A stretch of 24,007 nt of DNA, filler included, from an uncultured Methanosarcinales archaeon (GCA_964630685.1; 11 parts of 11 records of this genome joined end to end with filler, not necessarily neighbours in it), one strand, 5' to 3'; counted from the whole stretch's first letter, positions 8,777 through 18,969 are shown. A program made the numbers and translations. Notes: a model not told the origin generated them from the letters alone.

Positions 8777-11233
8777 CACTCAAGTTCAGAAAATACTCTT
8801 GGTGCACAATATATTGCATCATTAACAGATGAACAATTATCAGCTGTAGAACAGTTGGAAATACCTGGAGTAATGGATGTAATAAATACTGTTAGAGAAA
8901 ATCCAACTACATTTAGACAATCTCAATTTAGAGAAGGAGATGATTTGGTAGATAATCCTGTTTATGAAAGAGTGCAAGAAGCCTTAGGTAAAATCTGCGG
9001 TCATTACCTTGAACATGGATCTGAAAGAGAAAAGTATTTCTCAGTGGGTGTTGCAGTGGACTTGTCGTTTATGGGTTATTCAGATAAACCAAGTGAACAA
9101 AGAGAGACTCTCATTGAAATACTATCAAAGAATATTGGTTTGGATGATAATGCACAGACAAATTTTAGAAAACATTATGGATTATTCTCAAGACATATTG
9201 GAAGTAATTCACGAAGATCAACCAATTTGAGTGATTATAAAGGGGATTTGGTGGCTCTTAGTGGTTATTTTGATAATCTTGATGACCTGCTTCAAACTAG
9301 TCGAGATTCAGAAAGAGTTCGTGAAGAAGCAACATCCATGCAAAGTGATTCAAATTATATTCACGATGTTAGAAAAGATTTACCAAACTTGATAGCATAT
9401 TTGAAAGGGTTTGATGCAGAAGTAGTTCAAACGCAATTGGAAGATCAAGAATATGGTGAAAAATTCAAGACAAGATTGTGGAAAGTTAAAGAACAAATAT
9501 TCAAAAGTAGTGATACTGAAATTGATGATGTGACTGGATACGTTGTTTCCAACTTTGAAGAATTTAGGCGTTTTATTGATACAACTAATGAACAAATTGG
9601 TGGATCAGCAGTTTGCGATGTTCTAAAATCAGAGCAGGCAAGATTATTGGACAGTCTTGTATACAGTGATAATCTAGTCGGTGAAACTGAATACATCGTA
9701 GAATATTTTAGAGCATTGGATGACACAAACACAGCTGAAAAATTTAATTGGTTTGATGGTCAAAGAAGACATGGAATAGCAGGATTAGCATCAAGAGCTT
9801 ATTCAATTGATAGCGAACTTCTAACTCCTTTAGTTAGGAAAGCTATTGAAAAAGAAAAATCACCTAACAAAATCTACTTATTACAAACTGGTCTAGCAGT
9901 AATTGAAGAAAGTGAAGATTTGAATAGACATGTAAATCAATTATTTCAGGAACAGCCAAATGCAGGATATGATGTACTAAGTAATCTTTGTATGGTAAAA
10001 CAAAGTTTGGATGATCAATTTGATGAAGACATTTCAAGAATCTTTCATAATGGTAAAAATATTGGCGAATATAATTTAGGTTCAAAAGCAGTTCAATCTG
10101 TTGAACAGCAAGGATTGTCAGAAGATTCAGAGATCTTGGCTTACTGTAGTCTTGTTCAATTACAAGGAAAAAAGATCAAAGATAAAAAAGTGCTTGGTCT
10201 GGCAAAATTAAAGGGTCAGATTTCAAGATATGAAGCTGAAGTTGAGAAGCATCCAGAAAATGAAGTATTGAGAAAACAATTGAATGAAAGGATGGATAAA
10301 GTAGATTTGTTGTTACGAAATGAAAGAACAGCTTCGATATATTCATCTATGTTAAATTCTTGTTCAAGAGCACTTGACGATATTGTTGGAGAACCAGTTC
10401 AGGTTACAGAAATTAATGAAGACTTAATTAATGGAATTCTTACTTACTATCAAATTAATGATAATAAACAATTACTTTCTGGTTTAATAAAAGATTCAGT
10501 AACAGGAAATTCAACAATTTCATATACTGATGATAAAAATCAAGAAGCTTTACAAAGATATGCTTCAAAAGGTATTGATACATCTAAATGGGTCGAAGGA
10601 ATTACTCGAACCTATAGTCCAGAACGAATTGAAGATGTTGTAGCGGAAAAAGAAACTCAAATTAGACATCACAGAGATGAAGCTATTGGATTATTTACAT
10701 ATTATGGAATAGAAGTAGCTGATGAAACAATCTTTGATTCCTACAAAGAATTTAGACAAAGAGCAGATATTGATGAAGATGTCAAACGAGATTTGAAAAC
10801 TCAACTAAACGCAATAAAAAGTCTTGAGAATCAGACCTATAATTCCAAAATGGGAGAAGTAACTATTTATGCTGAGAAAGATCCTTTGAAAGTTTTACAG
10901 ATGGGCAATGTTGTATCTGGCAGTTGTTTAGGACTTGGAAAAGGAAATACATTTTCAACTGTAGCTAATGCAGTGGACTCAAATAAACAAGTATTATATG
11001 CTGAAATGAATGGAGAAATAGTAGGTAGAAAACTGAGTGCATTAAATGATGATGGAGAAATTGTTCAATTTAGAACTTATAATAATAGATTGGATTTAAA
11101 TATTGATAGTATGTTTAGACAGTATTTAACTGATTTATCTTCAGAAACAAATGCAAAACTTGGAAATGGGGGCAATGTATCCAACATTGTTGCACAAAAA
11201 TGGTATAATGATGGAATTGTGCCATTTAATTAA
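8777..11233 (+). CDS. Large hypothetical protein, 5'-truncated (>818 aa); helical body with a probable conserved C-terminal domain
   Basis: The frame is open from the contig edge (HSSSENTLGAQY...), so TTG 8855 is probably not the real start. The C-terminus EKDPLKVLQMGNVVSGSCL...STVANAVDSNKQVLYA...GEIVGRKL looks like an enzymatic module. Confidence 0.8.
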   Translation, partial: HSSSENTLGAQYIASLTDEQLSAVEQLEIPGVMDVINTVRENPTTFRQSQFREGDDLVDNPVYERVQEALGKICGHYLEHGSEREKYFSVGVAVDLSFMGYSDKPSEQRETLIEILSKNIGLDDNAQTNFRKHYGLFSRHIGSNSRRSTNLSDYKGDLVALSGYFDNLDDLLQTSRDSERVREEATSMQSDSNYIHDVRKDLPNLIAYLKGFDAEVVQTQLEDQEYGEKFKTRLWKVKEQIFKSSDTEIDDVTGYVVSNFEEFRRFIDTTNEQIGGSAVCDVLKSEQARLLDSLVYSDNLVGETEYIVEYFRALDDTNTAEKFNWFDGQRRHGIAGLASRAYSIDSELLTPLVRKAIEKEKSPNKIYLLQTGLAVIEESEDLNRHVNQLFQEQPNAGYDVLSNLCMVKQSLDDQFDEDISRIFHNGKNIGEYNLGSKAVQSVEQQGLSEDSEILAYCSLVQLQGKKIKDKKVLGLAKLKGQISRYEAEVEKHPENEVLRKQLNERMDKVDLLLRNERTASIYSSMLNSCSRALDDIVGEPVQVTEINEDLINGILTYYQINDNKQLLSGLIKDSVTGNSTISYTDDKNQEALQRYASKGIDTSKWVEGITRTYSPERIEDVVAEKETQIRHHRDEAIGLFTYYGIEVADETIFDSYKEFRQRADIDEDVKRDLKTQLNAIKSLENQTYNSKMGEVTIYAEKDPLKVLQMGNVVSGSCLGLGKGNTFSTVANAVDSNKQVLYAEMNGEIVGRKLSALNDDGEIVQFRTYNNRLDLNIDSMFRQYLTDLSSETNAKLGNGGNVSNIVAQKWYNDGIVPFN

Positions 11234-11253
11234 AATTGAACGCCTCAATTAAT

Positions 11254-11363
11254 AATAAATTCTTTTACGTAGTAAAAGTGTATATGTCCGTCAGGACTAA
11301 GGAACTCCCTTATCAAAAATAAATTTCTGCGAAGCAGACTATATGTGCGAAGCACGAACTCCC
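11254..11363 (+). repeat. Two tandem copies of a double mini-hairpin module
   Basis: AATAAATT-[CTTTTAC gta GTAAAAG]-tgTATAT-[GTCC gtca GGAC]-taagGAACTCCC, then AATAAATT-[TCTGC gaa GCAGA]-cTATAT-[GTGC gaa GCAC]-GAACTCCC. Confidence 0.8.
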
Positions 11364-11393
11364 CAACTTTACCGTCTAAGAAATGGAAATTTT

Positions 11394-11409
11394 ATTGTAT
11401 TTAACATCG
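11394..11409 (-). repeat. attC-like core end (CGAT-GTTAAATACAAT) at a contig break
   Basis: The same ATTG-N4-TAACATCG motif occurs at 17687 and 17899. GTTAAAT fits the GTTRRRY core consensus. Confidence 0.55.
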
Positions 11410-11524
11410 NNNNNNNNNNNNNNNNNNNNNNNNNNNNNNNNNNNNNNNNNNNNTTAATTAATTAANNNNNNNNNNNNNNNNNNNNNNNNNNNNNNNNNNN
11501 NNNNNNNNNAATTTATAGGCGTCT

Positions 11525-12994
11525 TTAAATCTTCAAGTCCTTCAAAGCTTCAATTATCTTATTTTCATAATCTAATATTTGCTTTTTTATCACTTCTGGC
11601 TTTTCGTAAACAACTTCTTCGTATTCTATTTCTTTATATTTTGAAATGCTTAAATCAAAATTATTCTTTTTGATTTCTTCAAATGGAACAAAGAAAGCTT
11701 TTCCTTTTCTATCTGTTGGTTTTTCGTCATGTCTTTTCTTAAATTTTTCAAGAATATCAGGAATATCATTCTTTTCAGGCTGAGGAGTTCTTTTATCATC
11801 TAAACTAAAACCATCTGCTTGCATATCATAAAACCAAACTTCTTTCGTAGATTCTCCTTTAGTAAAAAATAATATTGCTGTTGAAACTCCTGCATAAGGT
11901 TTGAAAACTCCAGAAGGCATTGAAATAACTGCATCTAATCTGCACCTTTCCAAAAGTAATTCTCTTATTTTTTTATGTGCTTTAGAATTTCCAAACAAAA
12001 CTCCGTCTGGAACAATAACTGCACTCTTTCCACTATTGTTTAATAAATTATAAATAAGTTCTAAAAATAAAAGTTCTGTTTTTTTAGTTTTTGTTCTAAA
12101 ATTTTCTCCAATATCTGATTCGTCAATACTTCCTTTAAATGGAGGATTCGCTAGAATTACTTCATAACAATTGGATTCATCAAATCTTTTTGAAAGAGTA
12201 TCTTTTCTTTCAACATTAGGATTATTAATTCCATGCATCATCAAATTCATTAATGAAATTTTAAGCATTACTTCATCAAAATCATAACCGTAAAGTGTTT
12301 CATCCCTTAAAATTCTCCATTGATTATCATTAAGTTTATCTCCTGCATAATTTCCTTCTTTAACTAATTCTTTAGAAGTATTATTTTTAAGGATATGTTC
12401 AAAAGCTGAAACTAAAAATCCAGCAGTTCCACAAGCAGGATCACAAATTTTATCCCCATATTTTGGGTTGAGAAGTGCAACCATCATCTTAATTATATGT
12501 CTTGGTGTTCTAAATTGTCCGTTTTTACCTGCTGTTGATAGCTGTCCCAAAAGGTATTCGTAAATATCTCCTTGTGCATCTCTATTCTGTTCTTTAATGT
12601 GCATATCATTAATGATTTTTACAGCTTCTGACAATAAAGAAGCAGTAGGAATTGCAAAAGAAGCATTTTTCATATATTTAGAATAAATTGATTTTTCTCC
12701 ACCATTAAGTTTTCTAAGAAATGGAAAAACTTCATCTCTAACATAATCAATCATTTGATCTCCAGGCATTTGCGTCCAAACAGACCATTTTAAATCATTC
12801 TTCGGAAACAATGAAGTAAATTCTTCTCCTAAAAGTTTAGCATTTTGTTCTTTGGAATTATCTTCATCTTCTAATCTTTTCATAAAGATTAAGTAAGACA
12901 TTTGCTCAATTGCATTAAGTGGATTACTAATTCCACCACTCCAAAATTTATTCCATAACAAGTTTATTTTTGATTTTAATTCTGCATCTAACAT
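11525..12994 (-). CDS. hsdM: Type I restriction-modification N6-adenine methyltransferase subunit
   Basis: FWSGGISNP N-terminus, GQFRTPRHII, DPACGTAGFL (motif I), LANPPF (motif IV) and VIVPDGVLF. Confidence 0.95.
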   Translation of the reverse strand: MLDAELKSKINLLWNKFWSGGISNPLNAIEQMSYLIFMKRLEDEDNSKEQNAKLLGEEFTSLFPKNDLKWSVWTQMPGDQMIDYVRDEVFPFLRKLNGGEKSIYSKYMKNASFAIPTASLLSEAVKIINDMHIKEQNRDAQGDIYEYLLGQLSTAGKNGQFRTPRHIIKMMVALLNPKYGDKICDPACGTAGFLVSAFEHILKNNTSKELVKEGNYAGDKLNDNQWRILRDETLYGYDFDEVMLKISLMNLMMHGINNPNVERKDTLSKRFDESNCYEVILANPPFKGSIDESDIGENFRTKTKKTELLFLELIYNLLNNSGKSAVIVPDGVLFGNSKAHKKIRELLLERCRLDAVISMPSGVFKPYAGVSTAILFFTKGESTKEVWFYDMQADGFSLDDKRTPQPEKNDIPDILEKFKKRHDEKPTDRKGKAFFVPFEEIKKNNFDLSISKYKEIEYEEVVYEKPEVIKKQILDYENKIIEALKDLKI

Positions 12995-13071
12995 TTTAGT
13001 TCCCCCTTGAAAGCTTTTTGCATTAAAGCATTAAATAGATTGTCAATTTGATTTTTTGAATGTTTCTGTTG
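12988..13071 (-). CDS. hsdS: C-terminal fragment of type I R-M specificity subunit
   Basis: Hand translation QQKHSKNQIDNLFNALMQKAFKGELKC* matches the typical HsdS ending (L..KAF.GEL). Its stop overlaps the hsdM start. Confidence 0.8.
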   Translation of the reverse strand, partial: QQKHSKNQIDNLFNALMQKAFKGELKC

Positions 13072-13172
13072 NNNNNNNNNNNNNNNNNNNNNNNNNNNNN
13101 NNNNNNNNNNNNNNNTTAATTAATTAANNNNNNNNNNNNNNNNNNNNNNNNNNNNNNNNNNNNNNNNNNNNC

Positions 13173-14689
13173 TACATCAGATGTAACGACAGCTTTGGAA
13201 ACACAATGACAAGTTCTGCTTTAATTATCTTCTGGGTAGATTCTATTGCTCCAGAAGCACCATTATTGATTAGCCCAACAAATAACACTTACACAAACGA
13301 TAGCTCACCTTTACTGACATGGAGCAGTGTTGCAGATGCAGATTTCTATATATTAACAATAGACAACAGCGAATACACAATAAATCAAACGAGTTATGCA
13401 CCATCACCTGGAGCTAGTTTACATAATTGGAGCGTAAAAGCACAGGACAAAACAAATAACACCAGTCCAGATTCAGAATTATGGTTTTTCACAATAGACT
13501 CAACACCACCAACTCTTTCATCACCACTACCAACAACAACCCAGACCTCTCGTTCGTTCATTGTTTCAGTAAACGCAACAGAATCAGACCTCACCTGCAA
13601 ATATTCTTTAAATGCAGATGTTGATTTTTCTGCAATGGGTTTCTTCTTGACAGACTTAGAAAACAACAAATATCAATCAACCCTAACAGTGCCCCAAGAG
13701 GGTTCACATACAATCTACTTCGCTTGCCAGGATTCAGCAGGAAACATAAATACCACAAACACAAGTTCATTTATAGTTGATTCAACTGCTCCGACAATCA
13801 CTGCTTCAAGTCCAGATGGCTACACCACATCCAGCCAAAATCTTACACTCACAACAGATGTTTCTGCTGTATGTAAATATGATACTTCAGATAAAAATTT
13901 CTTACAGATGGCAAACACATTCGGAAGCGCAAAAATATCTCACTCAGTAAACGCTTCACCATACATAGAAGGATTAAATATATTTTATGTTAGATGCAAT
14001 GATAGTTATGGAAACATAATGAGCTCTTCTATAATGATTGATTTTTATTTGGACTCAAATTCACCATCAATATCAAATATCATCCCAACAAACAATTCCA
14101 AAACAGATTTAAAAATAATCTCTTTTACTTTAGCTGACTCAGGTTCAGCAGTGAATCAATCAACAATAACAGTAGTCTGGAATAACAGTCAGCCAGACAC
14201 TAATTTTAATTATTCAACAGATTGTACAGAAAATGGTTTAGGGGGATATGATTGTTCTTACACTGAAACAAACATTACAGAAGGAATAAACAACATCACA
14301 ATATCTGCAGAAGACAATGCAGGAAATTCAATGTCTCAGGTTTTCATAAATTTCAGCTATGATACAACAAACCCTTCTGTTACAATAAACACTCCAACAA
14401 CAGACTCAAATCACACAACACTCTCACTTACATTAAATGTAACAACAGGTGAATCAGCACTTTGTAGATATAGCACATCAAATGTAGATTACAACAGCAT
14501 GGGCAACTCTATGACTAACACATCATCAACACAACATTTAGCAAATATCATTGCTGTTCAAGGTTCAAACACTTATTATACAAAATGTATAGATTCAGTT
14601 GGAAATCAAGGAACAGATTCAGTAACATTCAATATAGATTCAATAGCCCCATACATTACAGCAACAGCCCCAGAAGGAACACAAACAAC
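13173..14689 (+). CDS. Internal fragment of a large Ser/Thr-rich surface protein with Ig-like repeats
   Basis: Open at both contig ends. Recurring DSxAP/DTTxP...C(K/R)YS...(Y/F)xxCxDSxGN modules and many N-glycosylation sequons. Confidence 0.8.
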
Positions 14690-14789
14690 NNNNNNNNNNN
14701 NNNNNNNNNNNNNNNNNNNNNNNNNNNNNNNNNTTAATTAATTAANNNNNNNNNNNNNNNNNNNNNNNNNNNNNNNNNNNNNNNNNNNN

Positions 14790-14801
14790 GTTATACGCAA
14801 T
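14790..14801 (+). repeat. attC-like core end (GTTATACGCAAT) at contig start
   Basis: GTTA-N4-CAAT, the reverse complement of the ATTG-N4-TAAC motif on contigs 2, 6 and 7. Confidence 0.5.
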
Positions 14802-14844
14802 TAAATTTTCACTTATCTTCTTTTAGAAAAAGAAGCAAAAGAGG

Positions 14845-14905
14845 GGGAGTCCAGGTGCTACGCACATATTGACTTTTACTTCGTAAAAGAAATATATTAA
14901 GGGAG
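14845..14905 (-). repeat. Double mini-hairpin module (GNA loops on the minus strand)
   Basis: Minus strand: CTCCC-ttaatatattt-[CTTTTAC gaa GTAAAAG]-tcAATAT-[GTGC gta GCAC]-ctgGACTCCC. Confidence 0.75.
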
Positions 14906-15121
14906 TGTGAAAACAGCATACAATCTCACAATTTCACATGTCAACCGTTTTACATTGGTTGGAGCTTTTATCTGATTCTGTTCTAAATTAAAAATTGTCA
15001 TCCTATAAGAAGTATCCACATGTCTTAATATAAATGCACTTGTAAATATGCCAGTTATATTTATCAAAAATTTTCGAATATGGAAAAGATTAAATACCAA
15101 TATTTTTATTATCGATATAAA

Positions 15122-16189
15122 ATGGTTAATTCAGGAAAAATACTTCTATTATTGCTCATGATGTTTTTTTTTACTTCTTGTGTACACGAAGCTAATGTTA
15201 CAATGAAAAATGTAATTGAGTCTGCAACATGTTATCAAGATGAAATATTTTTCACACTTCACTCTAGTTATCGACACGAGCCTACTGAATTGGGTAGTTT
15301 TCCGGACGGTGGTTATTCAATAGTTATTAAGAACGAACGACATTTCTTTAGATTAGATCTTAAAACCATGGAAATTGATGACTGGGATTTTGTTCTTGAA
15401 CCAATCTATAATGACCAGCAATTTTTTGGAAATTTATCGAAGGATGATTTTGGAATGCATATTGTAAATTTTCCAATAAGAGTAAAAAAAATATCAGAAA
15501 ACTTCATACTTATTGCCTCGAAGTATGATTTCAATTCAGCCAATATATATGTTTATGATACCAGAAATGGGAAGATGGTAAAAGTAATTGATAATATCCA
15601 CATGGATGGTTTTTCTCCAAGTTTGGAAAAAGGTTTTATAGTGCTTTCTTTATCTCAGAACCCATATTCTACGGATATGAATGAATTACGAACCGTCTTT
15701 TCTAAGTTTTCGATGGATGAAGACTCTGAATACATACTTTTTCCACAAACAACGTACTGCAATTATGATTCTCGAACTGACCCCAAAGAAAAAGGGTGTT
15801 CAACTTGGGATTTTATAAGATTCAATGTAAATACACAAAATATTACTAAGATGGACAAAGCTGAATATGAGAATATATCATTCACATTAGATTATTTTGA
15901 CAAGATTGAAAATGAATATAATACCAGCATAATCTTAAGAGAATGGAAAAATTCCGGAATAAAAGATGTGGTATTTGCATCCAAAGGATACAAAAAAATT
16001 TTGCCAATAGGAGATTTCCTTGGCAAGGAGTGCAGGGAAAGATTTCAATCATACAAAAATTCTCAAAAAAAGAATCAACCGATCATTCTATACCAATATG
16101 GTGATCAAAATGTAACCTTTACAGCGGAAGATTTTGGATTAACAGATCCTTATCATTTCAAAAACATATGGAAATACCATGATGATTAA
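15122..16189 (+). CDS. Hypothetical lipoprotein-like secreted protein
   Basis: ATG 15122 gives MVNSGKILLLLLMMFFFTSC, a signal with a lipobox-like Cys. The ORF-track start at 15080 is probably too long. Confidence 0.7.
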   Translation: MVNSGKILLLLLMMFFFTSCVHEANVTMKNVIESATCYQDEIFFTLHSSYRHEPTELGSFPDGGYSIVIKNERHFFRLDLKTMEIDDWDFVLEPIYNDQQFFGNLSKDDFGMHIVNFPIRVKKISENFILIASKYDFNSANIYVYDTRNGKMVKVIDNIHMDGFSPSLEKGFIVLSLSQNPYSTDMNELRTVFSKFSMDEDSEYILFPQTTYCNYDSRTDPKEKGCSTWDFIRFNVNTQNITKMDKAEYENISFTLDYFDKIENEYNTSIILREWKNSGIKDVVFASKGYKKILPIGDFLGKECRERFQSYKNSQKKNQPIILYQYGDQNVTFTAEDFGLTDPYHFKNIWKYHDD

Positions 16190-16231
16190 TCATCTGATTT
16201 ATTCGGAGTACCAAAATTAAAACCCTCTCTA

Positions 16232-16259
16232 TTTTCTTTTTAAAAAAAGAAACAAAAAA
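16232..16259 (+). terminator. T-tract/A-tract hairpin downstream of the gene, with a related copy on contig 7
   Basis: TTTTCTTTTT-AA-AAAAAGAAACAAAAAA. A related motif follows the contig-7 gene in its sense orientation (18069-18101), and a variant lies at 14817-14841. Confidence 0.45.
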
Positions 16260-16364
16260 TCTGGNNNNNNNNNNNNNNNNNNNNNNNNNNNNNNNNNNNN
16301 NNNNNNNNTTAATTAATTAANNNNNNNNNNNNNNNNNNNNNNNNNNNNNNNNNNNNNNNNNNNN

Positions 16365-16488
16365 TGACTTGTTCTGAGTAATCCTTCTTCTCATCATGGA
16401 TTTTCTCACCATAAAGCATACCACAACCAGATAGAACAAGTAATGAAATCATAAGAAATGAAAAAAGAGCTTTTTTGTGTTTTCTCAT
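16365..16488 (-). CDS. 5' fragment of a putative lipoprotein
   Basis: MRKHKKALFSFLMISLLVLSGCGMLYGEK..., with an LSGC lipobox. Its ATGA overlaps the upstream stop. Truncated by the contig end. Confidence 0.7.
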
Positions 16489-17594
16489 TTTCTCTTCGCC
16501 AAGTTTATTGCAGCATTAACATCTTTAGCGGCATATCCTTTTGAAAGTAAATATTGCTTGATTTGTGCTTCAGACTGTCCTGCATTCTTATATTGTCTGA
16601 TATAATCAACAAGTTGATTTAGATATTTCTGTTGAGGAGTTCTCACTTGGGTTTTTGGATCAAAATCTGATTTATTCATATGTAAATAATTTGTTAATTC
16701 TCCCCTCATATCTTTGGTAATAACCATCGGTCTTGTGATTGAAGTATAGAATATTGTAAAGTAAATGACTTTTATAGACTCTACAATCTTTTTTATTATT
16801 CCGCCAAAGACTGCTATTATGTAAATCATGATTAAAACAGGAACCCATGAAAAAGAGAATCCGCTGATTGTAATCATTGTTGCTTCAGTTGACATAGCGA
16901 TTAAATATCCTATCCCAACAGAAATGGCAAGCAAGACTAGATAAATAGGGAATAACAATCTTCCAACAACATTTCCAACAAAATCTATACCAAATACTCC
17001 TGCAAGTGTGGCTGGAACATTTGTTTTTAATGCTTTAATTTCAGGTACAATTTCTTTGAGTTTTTTTTGCTCAATAACTACAGCTGGAAGCATGTAATGG
17101 CTTAGTAAATCCCAAATCTCTGTTAATGCTACTAAAAACAAATTGATTAAAAATGCTCCAATACCACCTTTATTGCTTCTTTGACTTCCAGCATATTTCA
17201 TTAGAATATCAACAAATGCAATAAACCTTAATTTTCCTTTTTCAGATTTTGTATGGTTGTGAGCATCAGCATAACTTATATCTTTTCCAGAAATTGTATT
17301 ATACACTATCCAACTTTGGTCTGCCTTTTGTCTTGTATTGTAAAAAAATCTGAATGGGACAAGTATAAAGATAGTGAATAGGAGTGCTAAAACTCCTAAG
17401 AAAACAAATTTTCCTAAAAAGAATGTTGCAATTGAACCCCAAAAAAGAGTGCTAATAATAATTGATAGGATAACCATATGTATTGTTGGTTTTTTAATAT
17501 CTTCGTCTTTGCCGATGATAGTAAAAGAGTTCTTAATCAGAAATCCAGTATCTTTTAATCTTTCCTTAAATGGCTTTTTTATTAATCCATCCAT
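16485..17594 (-). CDS. Hypothetical multi-pass membrane protein with a small C-terminal helical domain
   Basis: Several TM segments and C-terminal LVDYIRQYKNAGQSEAQIKQYLLSKGY. It has its own TATA (TTTATATA 17619-17626, minus) ~25 nt upstream of the ATG. Confidence 0.8.
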   Translation of the reverse strand: MDGLIKKPFKERLKDTGFLIKNSFTIIGKDEDIKKPTIHMVILSIIISTLFWGSIATFFLGKFVFLGVLALLFTIFILVPFRFFYNTRQKADQSWIVYNTISGKDISYADAHNHTKSEKGKLRFIAFVDILMKYAGSQRSNKGGIGAFLINLFLVALTEIWDLLSHYMLPAVVIEQKKLKEIVPEIKALKTNVPATLAGVFGIDFVGNVVGRLLFPIYLVLLAISVGIGYLIAMSTEATMITISGFSFSWVPVLIMIYIIAVFGGIIKKIVESIKVIYFTIFYTSITRPMVITKDMRGELTNYLHMNKSDFDPKTQVRTPQQKYLNQLVDYIRQYKNAGQSEAQIKQYLLSKGYAAKDVNAAINLAKRK

Positions 17595-17686
17595 ATATTT
17601 CTTTTATAAACTATTTCTTATATAAAGTTTACTATTTCGTTTTACACATCAAGGGCGGGGAATTTTTTTTTAGGAACTCAAATTTT

Positions 17687-17718
17687 ATTGAAACTAACAT
17701 CGGGATCCTTGTTATGTG
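17687..17718 (-). repeat. Short attC-like site: CACATAAC-AAGGATCCCGAT-GTTAGTTTCAAT
   Basis: Inverted AAC...GTT cores only 12 nt apart, upstream of the minus-strand gene. Confidence 0.55.
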
Positions 17719-17898
17719 AGGGTCGACCGAAGGGAGAAGCGCAGCGTCCCCTTGAGTCTNNNNNNNNNNNNNNNNNNNNNNNNNNNNNNNNNNNNNNNNN
17801 NNNTTAATTAATTAANNNNNNNNNNNNNNNNNNNNNNNNNNNNNNNNNNNNNNNNNNNNCGAGAGTATAATTCTTGATTTAATTTTAGCGAGGAAAAA

Positions 17899-17934
17899 AT
17901 TGAGTTTAACATCGGGCTAAGCCCTGTTAGTTTC
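17899..17934 (-). repeat. Short attC-like site: GAAACTAAC-AGGGCTTAGCCCGAT-GTTAAACTCAAT
   Basis: Hairpin AACA-GGGC-tta-GCCC-ga-TGTT with a 2-nt bulge; GTTAAAC fits GTTRRRY. Confidence 0.6.
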
Positions 17935-18151
17935 GTCCGAATACTTGGAGGACTTGATTTTTAGTGCAACGATGCCGAAGGCAAAAAATCAAAGTTTTTG
18001 AGAATGCCGTTTTTAGTATTTTGAAATAATATTTTTTTGGGTGGGCTATGTATTAGAGAGACGCGCGCTTTTTTGTTTCTTTTTTTCCTAAAAAAAGAAA
18101 ATGGGGATTTCCGTCTTTTTGGTTATCTGAATAATCTGCTAAACTATTTTA

Positions 18152-18880
18152 TTACTTATCCTTAGAAGTCCTTTTCTTTCTTTCAAGATACTTAAATCTC
18201 TGACTTACTTTGTATCCATTTCTAATATCTTGTGAATTGTGATATAGTTGATTTAATTGACTTGCAATAGTACTCCAATTTGGTTGTCCCCTATGTTTAT
18301 CCTCCGCAGAATATTGAAAATCAGAAGATTCTTTCATTTCATAGATCGATAGGTCTTCTTCTAAAGAATAAGGTATTTGCCCTCTAGATCTCGCAGCCTT
18401 CTTCCCCGCACTACTCAGCTCATGACTACTCATAGCATGTACGCCCTTTTTCTTATCTCTAGTTACATTTCCACCTATTCTTCCTATTTCTTCTCTTCTT
18501 TCTAATAATGCATCTAAAGAATTAATCAAAGCCCTTTCTCTAGCCTCTTGAGGAATATTTTTTGCACTTTCTTCTAAATGCAACCTTGCTATCTTCTGAA
18601 ATTCGTCATACTCTATAAGACCCTCATATTGTGGCATATTTTCAAAATATCTTTTTTGAACACCTGCTAAGGCAAATCTAGTTGCGCTTATGGAAGAAGA
18701 AGATTTGAGTCCATAGTTTTCTTCTAAATTGAGTTGTTCAGATATTTCTTTTAATGAATGTCCATTTCGATAAAGTTGTTCAATTTCAGGATGTTCTTGT
18801 TGTAGAGTTCTACCTAGCTTTGCGCTTCTAAGAATAGCAGCTATTTGAGATTCTGTTAATTTTCCTCTAGGTGATAACAT
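18152..18880 (-). CDS. Hypothetical basic protein, possibly DNA-binding
   Basis: HTH-like LYRNGHSLKEISEQL, KGG-like segments EIGRIGG/SSAGKKAARSRG and NWSTIASQLN near the C-terminus. It has its own TATA (TTTATAAA 18903-18910). Confidence 0.7.
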   Translation of the reverse strand: MLSPRGKLTESQIAAILRSAKLGRTLQQEHPEIEQLYRNGHSLKEISEQLNLEENYGLKSSSSISATRFALAGVQKRYFENMPQYEGLIEYDEFQKIARLHLEESAKNIPQEARERALINSLDALLERREEIGRIGGNVTRDKKKGVHAMSSHELSSAGKKAARSRGQIPYSLEEDLSIYEMKESSDFQYSAEDKHRGQPNWSTIASQLNQLYHNSQDIRNGYKVSQRFKYLERKKRTSKDK

Positions 18881-18969
18881 TTTAATAAAAAACCTAAATA
18901 AGTTTATAAATCTTTGTATTTGTCACCACTATTTAGTTGTTATTAATCACTTATATAAATAACTTAAAT

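Noticed and set aside
11510..11524. GACGCCTATAAAT after the hsdM stop as an attC R'' site
   Set aside because: It lacks the invariant AAC and the contig ends immediately, so it cannot be supported.
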